This document shows positions 35,152 to 44,967 of a stretch of 64,000 bases of DNA, piece by piece. The number at the start of each line of letters is the position of its first letter. Positions within the stretch are counted from its first letter, which is position 1. Source of the stretch: Methanoregulaceae archaeon (GTDB lineage Bacteria; Armatimonadota; Fimbriimonadia; Fimbriimonadales; Fimbriimonadaceae); the NCBI GenBank assembly GCA_020850325.1, contig JADZEW010000010.1, positions 5,759 to 69,758 on the forward strand, in the 5' to 3' direction. Under the pieces are notes generated by a model that did no database searches, was not told where the DNA came from, and was given only the letters and a program-made list of their open reading frames with translations. The position numbers and the translations under genes were made by a program.

Positions 35152-37668
35152 ATGCGTGTTCGCATCCCCCTGATCTGCCTCGCCTTGTCAGCCGGTGCTT
35201 CCGGCATGGCTCAGTTGCGCTGGCTGAATGGGCAGATTCGAGACCGGATTCAGATCACGGGATACCGTCAGTTAGGCTATCACTCGCATCAAGTCGAGGG
35301 GGACCGCGAATCGTTCAACTCGCTCACCTATTACGGCCAGGGCAATCGCCGCTTCACCGACACCGGACAGATCACGATCAGCGGACGCGACGTACTCGGC
35401 CTCTTCACCTTCGATGCGACCTTCACCGATAGCCGGTTCCGCGACCCGCAAAACGAGCGGTTCACCCTCGGCTTCCGAAGAGACGGTTGGACCGTGCAGG
35501 CCGGGGACATCATGGGTTCCCTGCTCAACACGAACAGCTTCGCTTCGCTGAACAACTCGCTGAAGGGAGCCAGCGTTCAATACAGCCGGGGGCGCTTCGC
35601 CGCCAAGGTGCTACGCACCGACACCAAGGCGTCTTCGCGTACCGTTTCGCTGCAGGGCATCAACTCCGCCGGCCCGTACTACCTGTCGTCCAGCCAAGTC
35701 ATCCGCGGAAGCGAGCAGGTGTTGGTCGATGGCGAGGTACTGGAGTTGCAGCGCGACTACACGATCAACTACGAGATCGGATCGATCACCTTCGTGAACC
35801 GGATCATCCCTCCGACGAGCACGATTCTCGTGACCTACGAAGCTCTCGACTTCAACAGTTCGACCGGCACCATCCAGGGACTCGGTGCGAGCTACGACTT
35901 TGGCAAGTTCGGCCGGTTCGGATTCACCACGATCGAGCAAACCTCGCGCAACCGCTCGGGGCTGAGCAGCCGCGTCGAGCAGTTCGAGGGTTTCGGCGCC
36001 GCCTCGACGCCGTACTTCCTTCAGTTTGAGCCGCTGAACTCGGCAGCGTTCCCGACCCGCATCCGTGTTGACGGCATCTTGCAGGTGGAAGGGGTGGATT
36101 ACCGCTTCGACACGAACAACAAGAGCATCTTCTATTTCAACCGCTTCATGCCCAGCACCAGCATCATCGAGGTGGTGTACTTCCCCCGCCCGACGTCGGT
36201 GGCCGAGGGAGATCGGCGGGTGATCGGCCTCGATTACCGCGTGCCGCTGGGTAAGCCGGGGAGCTACCTGTCCTATAGCCAAGCGCTCGGCAAGATGAGC
36301 AGCCCGGTGACTCCGCTCCAAGGCACCGCGAGGGGGATCGTCGGGGTGTACAAAGATGGCCCATGGACCCTCAATGGCTACTGGCGCAACGTGCCCGATG
36401 GCTTCGTCGGCGTAACCTCACGCGGATTCAACCGCAACGAAAAAGCGACTAACCTAAACCTCGAGTACGAGGCCAAGGGCTTCGGCTACGGAGCGAAGCA
36501 CGCCAATAGCTCGGTCAGCACGCGATCAACCAATGCGGATGGGTCGCTCACCTTTGGAAAGGGGCGACAAACGAACTCGACGGCCCATGCCCGCTACGGG
36601 TCCGAGCGCTGGCAGTGGAATCTGGAGCAGTCCCGGCGGACCAACACCACCTCGAGAAACGACTCGCAAGTCGACACCACGTCGTTCTTCGCAAGCCAGA
36701 AGCTGGCCAAGTTGGACCTGCGCTACGGCTTCGACCACCAAGCCGGCCGGGCGACGACCCAAACGGGAAGGTCGCTCCTTTCCCTGGATACGATTCGATT
36801 CGACGGCGACTACACCGCGTCTTCGGCTTGGCGATTCGGTTGGCGCACGTCGGTAAGTCGCATTAGCTTCGACAATCAGAAAGGCGACGGACGTGATCTC
36901 ACGTTCAATGCGAGCTACCGGCCCAACTCCCAGTGGTCGCTCGAAGCCGCCTATTCAGACAGCGACTCCGGCCAGCTGGCCGCCCTCAGTGGTTTCCAAG
37001 GCGACCTCGGCTATGACGACAACGGGTTTGTGAGCGGTCAGCCCGGCGGAGGATTCACCGCGGGCTCGACCCAGTTCAAGTATTGGACCCTACGTTCGCG
37101 CTTTGAATCGGGCTCACGGCTGGCTGTCGACTTGCGAGCCAGCAACTACCGGTCTTCGGGCTCGCTTTACTCGAATACCGAGACCACCACCCTTGCCGCC
37201 GGACTCGACTACGACCTCGGAGCGGGCAACTCAGTGTCGGTATCGCTCGACCAGACCCGCACGCGGTTCCTCGACTCGCCGAATCGAAGCGACACCCGAT
37301 CGCTCAGCGTGTCGCTGAATGGCCGTCCAGAAGGTCCGTGGAGCTATCGACTCGGCGCGAACACAATCCTGAGCGGTGGCACGAGCGCGTTTGCCCAGGA
37401 CAGCCAGTCGCTGGAGGGTTCCCTCGCTTACAAGATCGACGATCGGCAGACGGCTTACATGCAGTTCAACACCGGCCGCACGACCGGCTATCTTCCCCAA
37501 GCCCAAACCTTTCTTGGTGTGTTCTACGAGTACCGCCTTTGGCAAAATGTGTCGCTGATCGGCAGCTACAAGTGGCGGCGAGTGAACAACCTCGATCCAC
37601 TCTTCACCTCGGGGGCGTACCGATCGCGCGGGTTTGATATCGAACTGTCGTTCAGTTTTGGGCGTTGA
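35152..37668 (+). CDS. large outer-membrane beta-barrel protein (838 aa), unknown family
   Basis: Signal peptide MRVRIPLICLALSAGASGMAQ. Alternating beta-strand-like Y/S/T/G/N-rich C-terminal ~500 aa ending ...FDIELSFSFGR (aromatic near the terminus). Confidence 0.7.
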   Translation: MRVRIPLICLALSAGASGMAQLRWLNGQIRDRIQITGYRQLGYHSHQVEGDRESFNSLTYYGQGNRRFTDTGQITISGRDVLGLFTFDATFTDSRFRDPQNERFTLGFRRDGWTVQAGDIMGSLLNTNSFASLNNSLKGASVQYSRGRFAAKVLRTDTKASSRTVSLQGINSAGPYYLSSSQVIRGSEQVLVDGEVLELQRDYTINYEIGSITFVNRIIPPTSTILVTYEALDFNSSTGTIQGLGASYDFGKFGRFGFTTIEQTSRNRSGLSSRVEQFEGFGAASTPYFLQFEPLNSAAFPTRIRVDGILQVEGVDYRFDTNNKSIFYFNRFMPSTSIIEVVYFPRPTSVAEGDRRVIGLDYRVPLGKPGSYLSYSQALGKMSSPVTPLQGTARGIVGVYKDGPWTLNGYWRNVPDGFVGVTSRGFNRNEKATNLNLEYEAKGFGYGAKHANSSVSTRSTNADGSLTFGKGRQTNSTAHARYGSERWQWNLEQSRRTNTTSRNDSQVDTTSFFASQKLAKLDLRYGFDHQAGRATTQTGRSLLSLDTIRFDGDYTASSAWRFGWRTSVSRISFDNQKGDGRDLTFNASYRPNSQWSLEAAYSDSDSGQLAALSGFQGDLGYDDNGFVSGQPGGGFTAGSTQFKYWTLRSRFESGSRLAVDLRASNYRSSGSLYSNTETTTLAAGLDYDLGAGNSVSVSLDQTRTRFLDSPNRSDTRSLSVSLNGRPEGPWSYRLGANTILSGGTSAFAQDSQSLEGSLAYKIDDRQTAYMQFNTGRTTGYLPQAQTFLGVFYEYRLWQNVSLIGSYKWRRVNNLDPLFTSGAYRSRGFDIELSFSFGR

Positions 37669-38182
37669 CCCGTTGACACTTTCGGCGGATTCGCTGCAGC
37701 GCGTTGTCCACCCGTTTAACGCCGCAGCTCAGCTGGTCCGAAATCTCGGCATAGCTGAGTCCCAGTCGGAACGCGGCAATGACTTGCCGCTCGAGAACGG
37801 TAAGCGGGATCCCATCGATCTCGAACGGAAACTCGATTGCGTGGCTTTGCGCGGCTGGACTCGCGGCGAGACTCGGTAGTTCGACGTGGCGTTTAGCGCG
37901 GTCCGATAAGGATATCAGTCGCCGGCGAACGCACACCTCGGCAAACGCCGCGAAGCCGTTCGCGCGATTCTCATCGAATCTACGGATCGCTCGGAGGACG
38001 CTTAGCACGCCTTCTTGCACAAGGTCGTCGCGATCGACTCCGGGTCGAGCAAAGGTACGGGCTCGGGCCTCGATCAACGGTCGATAGCGCCGAACAATGG
38101 CCTCTTGGGCATGACGATCCCCTTGCTTGGCCTGCCGCAACAACTCCACTTCCCTCTTTTCTGCCATGCAAGTACTTGGCAT
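37652..38182 (-). CDS. sigma-70 family sigma factor, sigma-H (Spo0H)-like
   Basis: Region 2 (DLVQEGVLSVLRAIRRFD...FAAFAEVCVRRRL) and region 4 HTH (LSYAEISDQLSCGVKRVDNALQRIRRK). Confidence 0.85.
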   Translation of the reverse strand: MPSTCMAEKREVELLRQAKQGDRHAQEAIVRRYRPLIEARARTFARPGVDRDDLVQEGVLSVLRAIRRFDENRANGFAAFAEVCVRRRLISLSDRAKRHVELPSLAASPAAQSHAIEFPFEIDGIPLTVLERQVIAAFRLGLSYAEISDQLSCGVKRVDNALQRIRRKCQRVNAQN

Positions 38183-38273
38183 TCGTCACCCAAGCAATCA
38201 GTCTAAGCGAAGTCTCGGGCGTTGTCAAGGCTCCGAAGCTAACTTTCCCGCATTTTTCATGCGCCCGATGATG

Positions 38274-39104
38274 TTAGTCACGGCCTGGGCGGGGCATCCG
38301 AAACAGGAACCCCAGCAACATGCCCAGGATCGCGAGGCCGCCCCCGACCGCCGCCACGCGGACGATTCCCGACGTCACCAAGCCGACTGCGGCGGCCCCT
38401 GCTACGGTGCCCCCGATCAGCGCCCACGTCAGCACCAATCGGCCCCAGAACCGCGCACGCAGATCCACACCCTTCAGCCGATCCAGCAGATACGGGCGGC
38501 GACACCCGGAACAAAATAGCGTTCCCGGGATGTTCGACGTTCGGCAAGCGCGACACTCGTGCGCATTGGCGGGAAAGGGCTGGATCGGCAGGCGTCGCCA
38601 CTCGTTTACCATCCGCTCCTCGGCTCGAAACTGCTCGCGCATCGAAGTGTTGCGGACTTCGTCTCTCTTGGTCGACAGCATCGTGAGGGCCACATCGCCA
38701 ATGGCGATCGCGTCGGCGTGGAAGCCTTGGGCGCCTAGCCACCGAGCTGCCTCGAAAAGAGCAGACGGATTGTCGGCCTTCTGCTCCAGCGCCCGTATCG
38801 CTCGCTCAAACCGCTCGATGTCGTACTCGCGCAACTCGACGATGGCCATCTGCCGCTCGGCAAACGGAAAGAGCACCATCAGCGCGACAATCGAAAGAAG
38901 GATGATCGCGGGAAGCATCGGGTGGGGTGGCCACACGCAAAGCCACAAGAGCCCGATCAGGACGATCAGCGTGCCGAAGCCGGGGATTGCCGGCAGTTCG
39001 CCATCGATCATCCGGTAGACGACCAAGAGAAAGCAGATCGCAACGATCACCGCAGAGGGAATCGTGACGAGGAACTGCTCGAATCGGGCCATCCCCTCGG
39101 CCAT
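38274..39104 (-). CDS. membrane protein with cytoplasmic helical domain and zinc-ribbon (CxxC..CxxC)
   Basis: 276 aa. 3 N-terminal and 2 C-terminal TM segments. CRACRTSNIPGTLFCSGCRRPY. Confidence 0.6.
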   Translation of the reverse strand: MAEGMARFEQFLVTIPSAVIVAICFLLVVYRMIDGELPAIPGFGTLIVLIGLLWLCVWPPHPMLPAIILLSIVALMVLFPFAERQMAIVELREYDIERFERAIRALEQKADNPSALFEAARWLGAQGFHADAIAIGDVALTMLSTKRDEVRNTSMREQFRAEERMVNEWRRLPIQPFPANAHECRACRTSNIPGTLFCSGCRRPYLLDRLKGVDLRARFWGRLVLTWALIGGTVAGAAAVGLVTSGIVRVAAVGGGLAILGMLLGFLFRMPRPGRD

Positions 39105-39106
39105 GG

Positions 39107-39508
39107 TTACTCACCCAGGAGTTGGCAACGCAAGCTGAAGTGGTCGTCGATCACCCAGCCTTCGGTGATCTGGCCGTTCTGCACGAGGAAGAACCCCATA
39201 ACCTCGATGCGGATATGCTGCCCCGTGGGCGCGATGCCGAGGAACTCGCCTTCGTGGAATCCGGCCGTCCGCCACCGAACCGCGACCATGTTTTCTTCGG
39301 CGACGACGTCGTGGACCACTACGTTGAACGGCGGGAAGGCGGTCCGCCACTTCGAGACGTACGTGGCAACGCCCTCGGGACCGTTAAGAACGCCATAGGG
39401 CACGCGAATCACCGCGTCGCTGGCGACTAAGTCGCGCAGCAACACTTCGTCGCCTGTCCCGAAAACGGCTTCCAGGTAGGCCTTAACAACAGACTTTTCC
39501 GCGGTCAT
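39107..39508 (-). CDS. SnoaL-like / ester cyclase family protein
   Basis: MTAEKSVVKAYLEAVF...DAVIRVPYG...FHEGEFLGIAPTGQHIRIEVMGFFLVQNGQITEGWV, typical of the ester-cyclase NTF2-like fold. Confidence 0.75.
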   Translation of the reverse strand: MTAEKSVVKAYLEAVFGTGDEVLLRDLVASDAVIRVPYGVLNGPEGVATYVSKWRTAFPPFNVVVHDVVAEENMVAVRWRTAGFHEGEFLGIAPTGQHIRIEVMGFFLVQNGQITEGWVIDDHFSLRCQLLGE

Positions 39509-39717
39509 CACGACTCGTATGGGAACAGGACGGGCTGACAGCACCGGCAAGTTTGACTGGAATCACATCAATTCTACTTCTAAACTGCCAAGGCCTCTTC
39601 TTCTGACAGTTTAGCCGTGAAACCCTGCCTTGGCGTTTCCGGGGTCAGGAAAAGGTTGCAGCTAAATTAAAATCAAATGGTGTCCAAACTTTCGCATCGG
39701 CAGGTTTAGAATGGGAC

Positions 39718-40845
39718 ATGAATCCACTAAGTGATGCTCGGAGGCGGGTTAACGGACTTACCGTCGTACTCGGCATTGCCACCGTCCTTGCTTGCGGAGG
39801 CTCTGGCACCGAGAAAGTCCTTCCGGCCTTCGGATGGAGTCTGACGCCAGCTGCGGCCGAAGTCAGCCATGGTAGTCCTTCTACGCGGACCATCAAGCTG
39901 AAGCTGGAGAGCAGCGGTGGCGAGCACTTCGTTAGGGTCACACTCAAGGAACCCCCTCCCACTGGATGGACGGTGTCCCTACCCACGGACCCGATCCACC
40001 TTGATCCGCCAGCAATCCAAAACGTGGATGTCAACGCGGTTGTGACGATTCCGGCCGGGGTCGCGCCCGGAACGTTTCGCCTGCTGACGTTTGTGGGAAC
40101 CCAGACGAACGGCCCAAACGCCGGAACTCAACTTGAGACGCCCCCAGTGAAGGTCAACGTGGCCAATGGCGTCACCCAAGTGCGGATAGTTGGGGGCATT
40201 TTCTCAGATAGTGTACGTGAGATCCCCCTCGAAGTCACATGGGCGGAGGCCAGTTCCTGGTCGACCCTCATGGGGATCAAGGATTTCGATTTTGAGCTCC
40301 CAGATTTCGCTGGCCCCGGTGAAGCCGTGGTCTGGTTCACCCCGAAGAGCGGAGGCATCAGCCTCGACCCCGGCGACGTTGACATGGTCACGATGAAGTT
40401 GCTTCCAACCTCCAACAAGGTGGATCGCATTTTCAACGTGAGGCCGTTCTTTGCTCACTCAAGTGGAGAATATGGCGTCAACGTGTCATTGAATTCCACC
40501 CGCGGATCCAAGGGCGTCTATGAGATCTTGGGTATCGATTACGGAATCGGCGTCTATATGGCGGATCCGGATAAGACGACCAACTACACGGTGGAGTTTA
40601 CACAGGTCCCGCCAGGACGCCTTAGCTTCAGTACGATCAACGTACCCGGGCGCTTTACGGCAACAGTCACCCCCTCATTTGTCGATCTTAACGCGGGCGG
40701 CACCGGGTCGGTGCGAGTCGACGTAACCCGCATCGCCTCAGGGTTGAACGAGGACACGGAGGAGTTCATTCTGCGCGCGAACCACGAGGATCCCGCGTAC
40801 AACCAGACGGTAAAACTCCCGATCCAATCGTGGGTCGGGAGATAG
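39718..40845 (+). CDS. lipoprotein, probable Ig-like beta-sandwich repeats, unknown function
   Basis: Lipobox VLACGG after a basic/hydrophobic leader. 375 aa, T/V/P-rich beta-type sequence. Confidence 0.6.
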   Translation: MNPLSDARRRVNGLTVVLGIATVLACGGSGTEKVLPAFGWSLTPAAAEVSHGSPSTRTIKLKLESSGGEHFVRVTLKEPPPTGWTVSLPTDPIHLDPPAIQNVDVNAVVTIPAGVAPGTFRLLTFVGTQTNGPNAGTQLETPPVKVNVANGVTQVRIVGGIFSDSVREIPLEVTWAEASSWSTLMGIKDFDFELPDFAGPGEAVVWFTPKSGGISLDPGDVDMVTMKLLPTSNKVDRIFNVRPFFAHSSGEYGVNVSLNSTRGSKGVYEILGIDYGIGVYMADPDKTTNYTVEFTQVPPGRLSFSTINVPGRFTATVTPSFVDLNAGGTGSVRVDVTRIASGLNEDTEEFILRANHEDPAYNQTVKLPIQSWVGR

Positions 40846-40884
40846 CGACGGGCTCGCCGCCTCGCCCCTATATGGAAGCGCGGC

Positions 40885-41466
40885 TCAGGCCATTGGAAAC
40901 GACTGGACGGTCACGATGGTCGGCCCGGCAGAGGTTGCGGCCATCCGGATCAACTCCACTTCGCGAATCGGTAACGCACCGACACTACCGATTTGCGCCA
41001 TCCTCACCGCGCGACCCAGTGCGGAACGGTTGGATTCGCTCTCCTGCTTGAGCCGACCGATGGGCACGTGAGCTTGAAACTCCCGCAACTCCTGATACGG
41101 AACCAGCGGGGATACCGCGCTCTCGATCGCCCGCTGGAGCTGCGCAAGACCAACGACGTCGCCACTGATGCCGATCCAAAGGAGCCTCGGCTGAAGGTTG
41201 TTCGGGCTGCCTCCCAGACCCTCTAGGTGCAGATCCAAGGCCCGATGAGCGGGCACGATCGAACCAAGAGTCGAGGCAACCTGCGCCATTTGGCCAACGC
41301 CGATCTCGCCAAGACTGAACAAGGTCAGCGCCAACTCATTGCTGGGTGTCCATCGCACCAGGTCGGCGCCGGCCCGGCGTCGGATCTGCAACTGCAACTC
41401 CGCCAAGTCCGCTTGTAAGGCAGCGGGGATGCGAATCACGATCGAGCAGCGGTTCAGGACATCCAT
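40885..41466 (-). CDS. 2H-phosphoesterase (LigT/ThpR-like) with degenerate catalytic motifs
   Basis: 193 aa with the LigT layout. Motif 1 is ALTL (expected HxTx) and motif 2 is HVPI (expected HxTx). Confidence 0.65.
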   Translation of the reverse strand: MDVLNRCSIVIRIPAALQADLAELQLQIRRRAGADLVRWTPSNELALTLFSLGEIGVGQMAQVASTLGSIVPAHRALDLHLEGLGGSPNNLQPRLLWIGISGDVVGLAQLQRAIESAVSPLVPYQELREFQAHVPIGRLKQESESNRSALGRAVRMAQIGSVGALPIREVELIRMAATSAGPTIVTVQSFPMA

Positions 41467-41469
41467 CTT

Positions 41470-44166
41470 CTATTGGGTCCGTAGTTGAATCCAGTCGAGA
41501 TAGACTCGGCCGGGACGCGCCGACCTCCAGTTCAGTCGCATCCGAACTTGGCCGTTCGGCCCGACGAATCGAGCAGGGTTCGGGACAAGCACTGACGCGA
41601 GTTGATCGGCCGTCGATGCGGCCCGGGAGTCGACCGTCACAAACTGCTGGGTCGTGTGGTCGAGCAGGGCGATGGTTTGGATAGGTCCTGACTGCTGGGT
41701 CCTTGCCTCGAGTTTGATTTCGAGTTGGGTCGGGTTCTGAACTGGCGAAATGCTCACCGTCTCGAAGACCGAAGGCTGGTTCACGACGGAGGGCGGTGGG
41801 CCGACTTCGAGGTAACGGTCATCGCTTACGTAGGTCGACGACAGCGTCCCGCTGCGAAGTCTCCAGGTGATCAGGCTGAACGAATCGATCTTGAACACGT
41901 CCCAGTTAGGGTCGACGGACGCCGAGTAGATGCCGCGACCGTACGTCGCCAGCAAGATCGTCGAGGCGTCTCTCCAGAAGATCTCCTCGATCGGCACCGT
42001 CCCCGGACCGTCGGTGGTCACGGACCACGTCTGCCCATTGTCGGAACTCGTAAACAAGCCAAGGTCGGTGCCGGCACAGAGCCAGCCTGATTTCGTGGGG
42101 TGCATTGAGATGCAGTTGACCGAAGCGGGGATCAACCGCCCGCTGGCGATGTCGGTCCAGGTCATACCGCCATCGGTGGTTTCGAAGATGCTGTCATCGT
42201 GGAACCCCATGAACGACGCATAGACATGGTTGGCATCGCTCGGGTCAATCGCGATCCGCGAAACCCATCGGCTCGGCAAGGGGCCGTTCAGGTCGACCCG
42301 AGTCCACGTGGGATTGGCAGAAGTTGCATCGACCGTTTTGTAGATCTGGCCGTTGTTATGGCCCACCCAAACGACATCCGAGTTGCCCACCGCTACCGAT
42401 ACGGTCGAGATGTTGTAGGGGTCGTTCCCGGCAAAGTGGGCGTTGCCCTTTCCGTCACCGACATCCCGTCCCGGGGGCGCGATGGAAGCCTTTATGACGA
42501 ACCAGTCGGGAGAGGCCGCTTTGACGTTGTTCGAGCGCCACAGCCGTTTCGTGCCGACAAGCATTCGGTTCGGGTTGTTTTGATCGATCACGAAGTGGTT
42601 GATGAAGTTGGAGTTCGCGGCATTGCCGGCATCGGTGATCGGGTTGGCGGTGTTGTAGATGTAGCTCGTCGTGGAACCGCCGTTGGTCGAGCGGAACTGA
42701 TACGCCCAATAGACGCAGCCGTAGAAGTAGTTAGGGTCGAGCGGGTCGACCGCCGAGTAGCCGCCATCTCCGCCTGCGGATTGAGTCCAGTTATTGATGT
42801 TGCCGGTGTAGAGCCGGGTGCCGTTGTCTTGGGTGCCTCCCATGATCCGGCCCGATTGCGGGCTGATGGCCGCCCCGTAGAACTGAGTAATCCCGAGCCC
42901 CGGGTAGAAAAACAGATTGGTGTTGGTTCCGGCGGGATCATTGATCCGATACAGCCCACCGTCCGTTCCCACAAACACGGTCTTGTTCGTGGTGCCATCG
43001 TATTGCGGATGCGAGACGAACTCGTGGATGTCAGGGTGGATGTTGTTGAAGGCCTGGCCCCGGCTCGCCCCTCCATCGGTGGATCGATAAAGATAGACCC
43101 CACCATAAAGGATGTTGTTTGAGTTCACCGGATTCACCCAGAGTGCGCTGTTGTAGGCTTCGTAGGTGCTGATCGCAGTGGCCCCGCGCAGGCTGTAAGT
43201 GAGGCCGCCGTCGGCGCTCCGCCACACGCGGATCGAGCCTCCCTCGCTGACGGTCGCGTAAATCGTCGAGGGGTTGCTTGCCGAGTAAACCAACTCCGTT
43301 CGGTGAGCGGTAATGCTCGGCGACCGAGTCCAAGTCAAGCCTCCATCCGTGCTGTAGAAAGCTCCCTCGTGGTGGCTCCCGGCAACGGCTCGGTTGCCGT
43401 CGGTCGGATGGAAGTCGACATCGTACATCCACTCGCCGGCGTAGACCTGGGTCCAGTTCGTGCCCGCATCCACTGATCTCCACAGTCCCGTGCTGGATGC
43501 GCAAAGGAGGATGTTGGAGTTCGTCGGATGGATCGCCAAGCGGTTGACAAAGTAGAAGTTGGGGTTAGCCGTCGAAGCGACTTGGGTCCAGCTCACGCCG
43601 CCATCGGTCGACTTGAAGATGCCGGCACCGCGAATGCAGGCGGTGTTGGTCGTCCCCTCCTCCGTTTCGAAGAACCCCTCGCCCGTACCGACATAGAGCA
43701 CGTTGGGGTTCGACTTATTGAGCACCATGCAGTTCACCGCGATGCCCGGCAGGAAGTCGTCCATGGGTTGCCACGTCGCGCCCCCGTCGGTGGTCTTCCA
43801 CACGCCGCCACTCGTGGCGCCGATCCACATCGTCGACGGTACGGTGGGATGAATGGCGATCGCCCGAATGCGTCCGCCGACGTTCGTCGGTCCGAGGAAG
43901 GTCCAGCTAGCCGGACCCACCCCTCCGCGGCCCTGACCCTGTTGACGGACTAACTCATCTCGTGCTGACTTGGCCCGCATCCACGCATGATCCGGCAGCT
44001 GCCCATCCTCGCTGAGTCGCTTTTGGTAGCGGAACATCGCGTTCGCGAGCGGTTGATCGTAACCGACCTTAGGCGCGGGCAACCGATTCGGCGGTGGCGA
44101 CAGCAGTGCGACAACGCACGCCGCACCCAAGCAAAATGCCAACCCCGAACCTATCAGACCCTTCAC
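41470..44166 (-). CDS. secreted BNR/Asp-box (sortilin-VPS10 / GH74-like) beta-propeller repeat protein
   Basis: 898 aa, signal peptide. More than 10 repeats of S.DGG.TW type (TTDGGATW, STDGGVSW, SVDAGTNW, STDGGLTW, SADGGLTY, TTDGGMTW, SSDNGQTW). Confidence 0.8.
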   Translation of the reverse strand: MKGLIGSGLAFCLGAACVVALLSPPPNRLPAPKVGYDQPLANAMFRYQKRLSEDGQLPDHAWMRAKSARDELVRQQGQGRGGVGPASWTFLGPTNVGGRIRAIAIHPTVPSTMWIGATSGGVWKTTDGGATWQPMDDFLPGIAVNCMVLNKSNPNVLYVGTGEGFFETEEGTTNTACIRGAGIFKSTDGGVSWTQVASTANPNFYFVNRLAIHPTNSNILLCASSTGLWRSVDAGTNWTQVYAGEWMYDVDFHPTDGNRAVAGSHHEGAFYSTDGGLTWTRSPSITAHRTELVYSASNPSTIYATVSEGGSIRVWRSADGGLTYSLRGATAISTYEAYNSALWVNPVNSNNILYGGVYLYRSTDGGASRGQAFNNIHPDIHEFVSHPQYDGTTNKTVFVGTDGGLYRINDPAGTNTNLFFYPGLGITQFYGAAISPQSGRIMGGTQDNGTRLYTGNINNWTQSAGGDGGYSAVDPLDPNYFYGCVYWAYQFRSTNGGSTTSYIYNTANPITDAGNAANSNFINHFVIDQNNPNRMLVGTKRLWRSNNVKAASPDWFVIKASIAPPGRDVGDGKGNAHFAGNDPYNISTVSVAVGNSDVVWVGHNNGQIYKTVDATSANPTWTRVDLNGPLPSRWVSRIAIDPSDANHVYASFMGFHDDSIFETTDGGMTWTDIASGRLIPASVNCISMHPTKSGWLCAGTDLGLFTSSDNGQTWSVTTDGPGTVPIEEIFWRDASTILLATYGRGIYSASVDPNWDVFKIDSFSLITWRLRSGTLSSTYVSDDRYLEVGPPPSVVNQPSVFETVSISPVQNPTQLEIKLEARTQQSGPIQTIALLDHTTQQFVTVDSRAASTADQLASVLVPNPARFVGPNGQVRMRLNWRSARPGRVYLDWIQLRTQ

Positions 44167-44247
44167 CCCTTTACTTTAGCGGAACATCGCCCGAACTCCA
44201 AATCCACCGCCTCACCCAACACTTGGGTGCGATGCCCATAATGAGAC

Positions 44248-44967
44248 ATGTCTTCACTCGACTTGCGCCGCCTCCATCAGCTTCACCTTATCGATGCGGC
44301 CATCACCGAGATCAAGAACCGCGCCGCCGCGCTGGACCCCGGGCGCAAGATTCAGGCATCGCTCCAGCAGGTCCAGGCCCAACTCGATGAGTCCAGCGAA
44401 AGGCTGCGGGCGCTTCAGGGAGAGCAGTCCGACCTGGAGTTGAAGCAGAAGGGGATCGATGCCAAGCTGCAGAAGACGGATAAGGAGATCTACGGCGGCT
44501 CGGTGGTGAACGCGCGGGAAGTGGAGAACCTCGAAAAGGAGATCGCGAACCTCAAACGGCAGCGGGGCGAGATCGACGAGCGCCTTCTCGAACTCTGGGA
44601 GGTGATCCCGCCGACCCAGAAGGAAGTTGGCGACCTTGAGGCCCAGCGAGCGAAGCTCAAGCAGGATCTGGCCGTCCACCAGAAGAAGGTGATGCAAGAG
44701 AAGGAGCAACTCGAAGCCGCGTTCCGGCAGCGGCAGCAAGAGCGCCCGGCGGCGCTGGCTCAGGTACCGAAGCCGCTCCTCGTGCGTTACGACGCCATCC
44801 GACAAAAGGCAGCGGGAATTGGCATGGCGGATGTCGTTAGAAACGGCTTCTGCGGAAGCTGCGGCACCCACCTTCCCGAGAAGCTCATCGAGAGCGCTCG
44901 CGAGGGTCGGGTCGTCACCTGCGAGTCCTGCCATCGCATCCTGTACCTGTCGGAGGGGCTGATTTGA
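44248..44967 (+). CDS. coiled-coil zinc-ribbon protein (COG1579/DUF164 type)
   Basis: 239 aa. Long coiled coil, then CGSCGTHLP...CESCHRILY. Confidence 0.8.
   Translation: MSSLDLRRLHQLHLIDAAITEIKNRAAALDPGRKIQASLQQVQAQLDESSERLRALQGEQSDLELKQKGIDAKLQKTDKEIYGGSVVNAREVENLEKEIANLKRQRGEIDERLLELWEVIPPTQKEVGDLEAQRAKLKQDLAVHQKKVMQEKEQLEAAFRQRQQERPAALAQVPKPLLVRYDAIRQKAAGIGMADVVRNGFCGSCGTHLPEKLIESAREGRVVTCESCHRILYLSEGLI

Noticed and set aside
39571-39605. 8-bp inverted repeat ctaaactg...cagtttag in the AT-richer divergent spacer between the SnoaL-like and lipoprotein genes
   Set aside because: The 19-nt loop and short stem give no supporting context for a terminator, since the flanking genes are divergent. 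It is possibly a regulator site, but there is no corroboration.
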